Assembly: GCF_001194135.2 (NCBI RefSeq)
Contig: NC_068998.1
Coordinates: 42,650,493 to 42,714,492 of the forward strand
Direction of reading: 5' to 3'
Origin: Octopus bimaculoides
Lineage: Eukaryota
DNA length: 64,000 bases
The notes beneath the pieces are model-generated. The model saw nothing but the letters and a program-made list of their open reading frames with translations, made no database searches and was not told the DNA's origin. The number at the start of each line of letters is the position of its first letter. Positions within the stretch are counted from its first letter, which is position 1. A program made the translations under genes and the position numbers. This document shows positions 63,760-64,000 of this stretch, piece after piece.

Positions 63760-63975
63760 ATGTGTATGTTTGTGTATCTGTGCTTGTCTTCCCAACATCG
63801 CTTCACAACCGATGCTGGTGTGTTTACGTCACAGTAACTTAGCGTTTTGGCAAGAGTGACCGATAGAATAAGTTCTGGGCTTACAAAGAATATCCTGGAG
63901 TCGATTTGCTCGACTAAAAGGTGGTGCTCCAGCATGGCCGCAGTCAAATGACTGAAACAAGTAAAAGAATGAAAG
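63335..63975. mobile_element. SINE family C: - strand 3' half (63335-63525) abutting a + strand near-full copy (63530-63975)
   Basis: Matches the family C consensus in both orientations. Confidence 0.85.
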
Positions 63976-64000
63976 AATACACACACATATATAACAGGCT

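Overview
AT-rich eukaryotic genomic DNA from a fragmented assembly (21 N-gaps, about 6 kb in total, most of them abutting microsatellites). The repeat landscape of dense (TA)n/(CA)n/(ATC)n/(ATT)n tracts plus several tRNA-derived SINE families resembles an octopus/coleoid cephalopod genome; this is my recognition, not a database result. I found no complete protein-coding gene. Nearly all ORFs in the supplied track are microsatellite or N-gap artefacts. Supported content: one candidate 102-nt host exon (472-573); many SINE copies (working names A, B, C, D); decayed coding remnants of an R4/Dong-type LINE, an RTE LINE, a DD37D (maT-like) transposon and a mariner; and hAT-, MULE-, piggyBac-, Tc2/pogo- and Helitron-like non-autonomous elements. 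The most notable signal is a set of type I hammerhead ribozyme motifs. One is an apparently intact canonical hammerhead (40670-40756). A minimal hammerhead sits in the body of a tRNA-headed SINE-like element (18445-18687, second copy 28562-28707). Several decayed hammerhead-like motifs also occur, three of them shortly before TA-rich microsatellite tracts, as expected of Penelope-like or retrozyme-type elements. Other points: a perfect 27-bp hairpin created inside a SINE, SINE dimers sharing one junction, SINE tail swapping, a SINE-derived tandem array, and a MITE that splits a mariner YFEGD motif at a TA.
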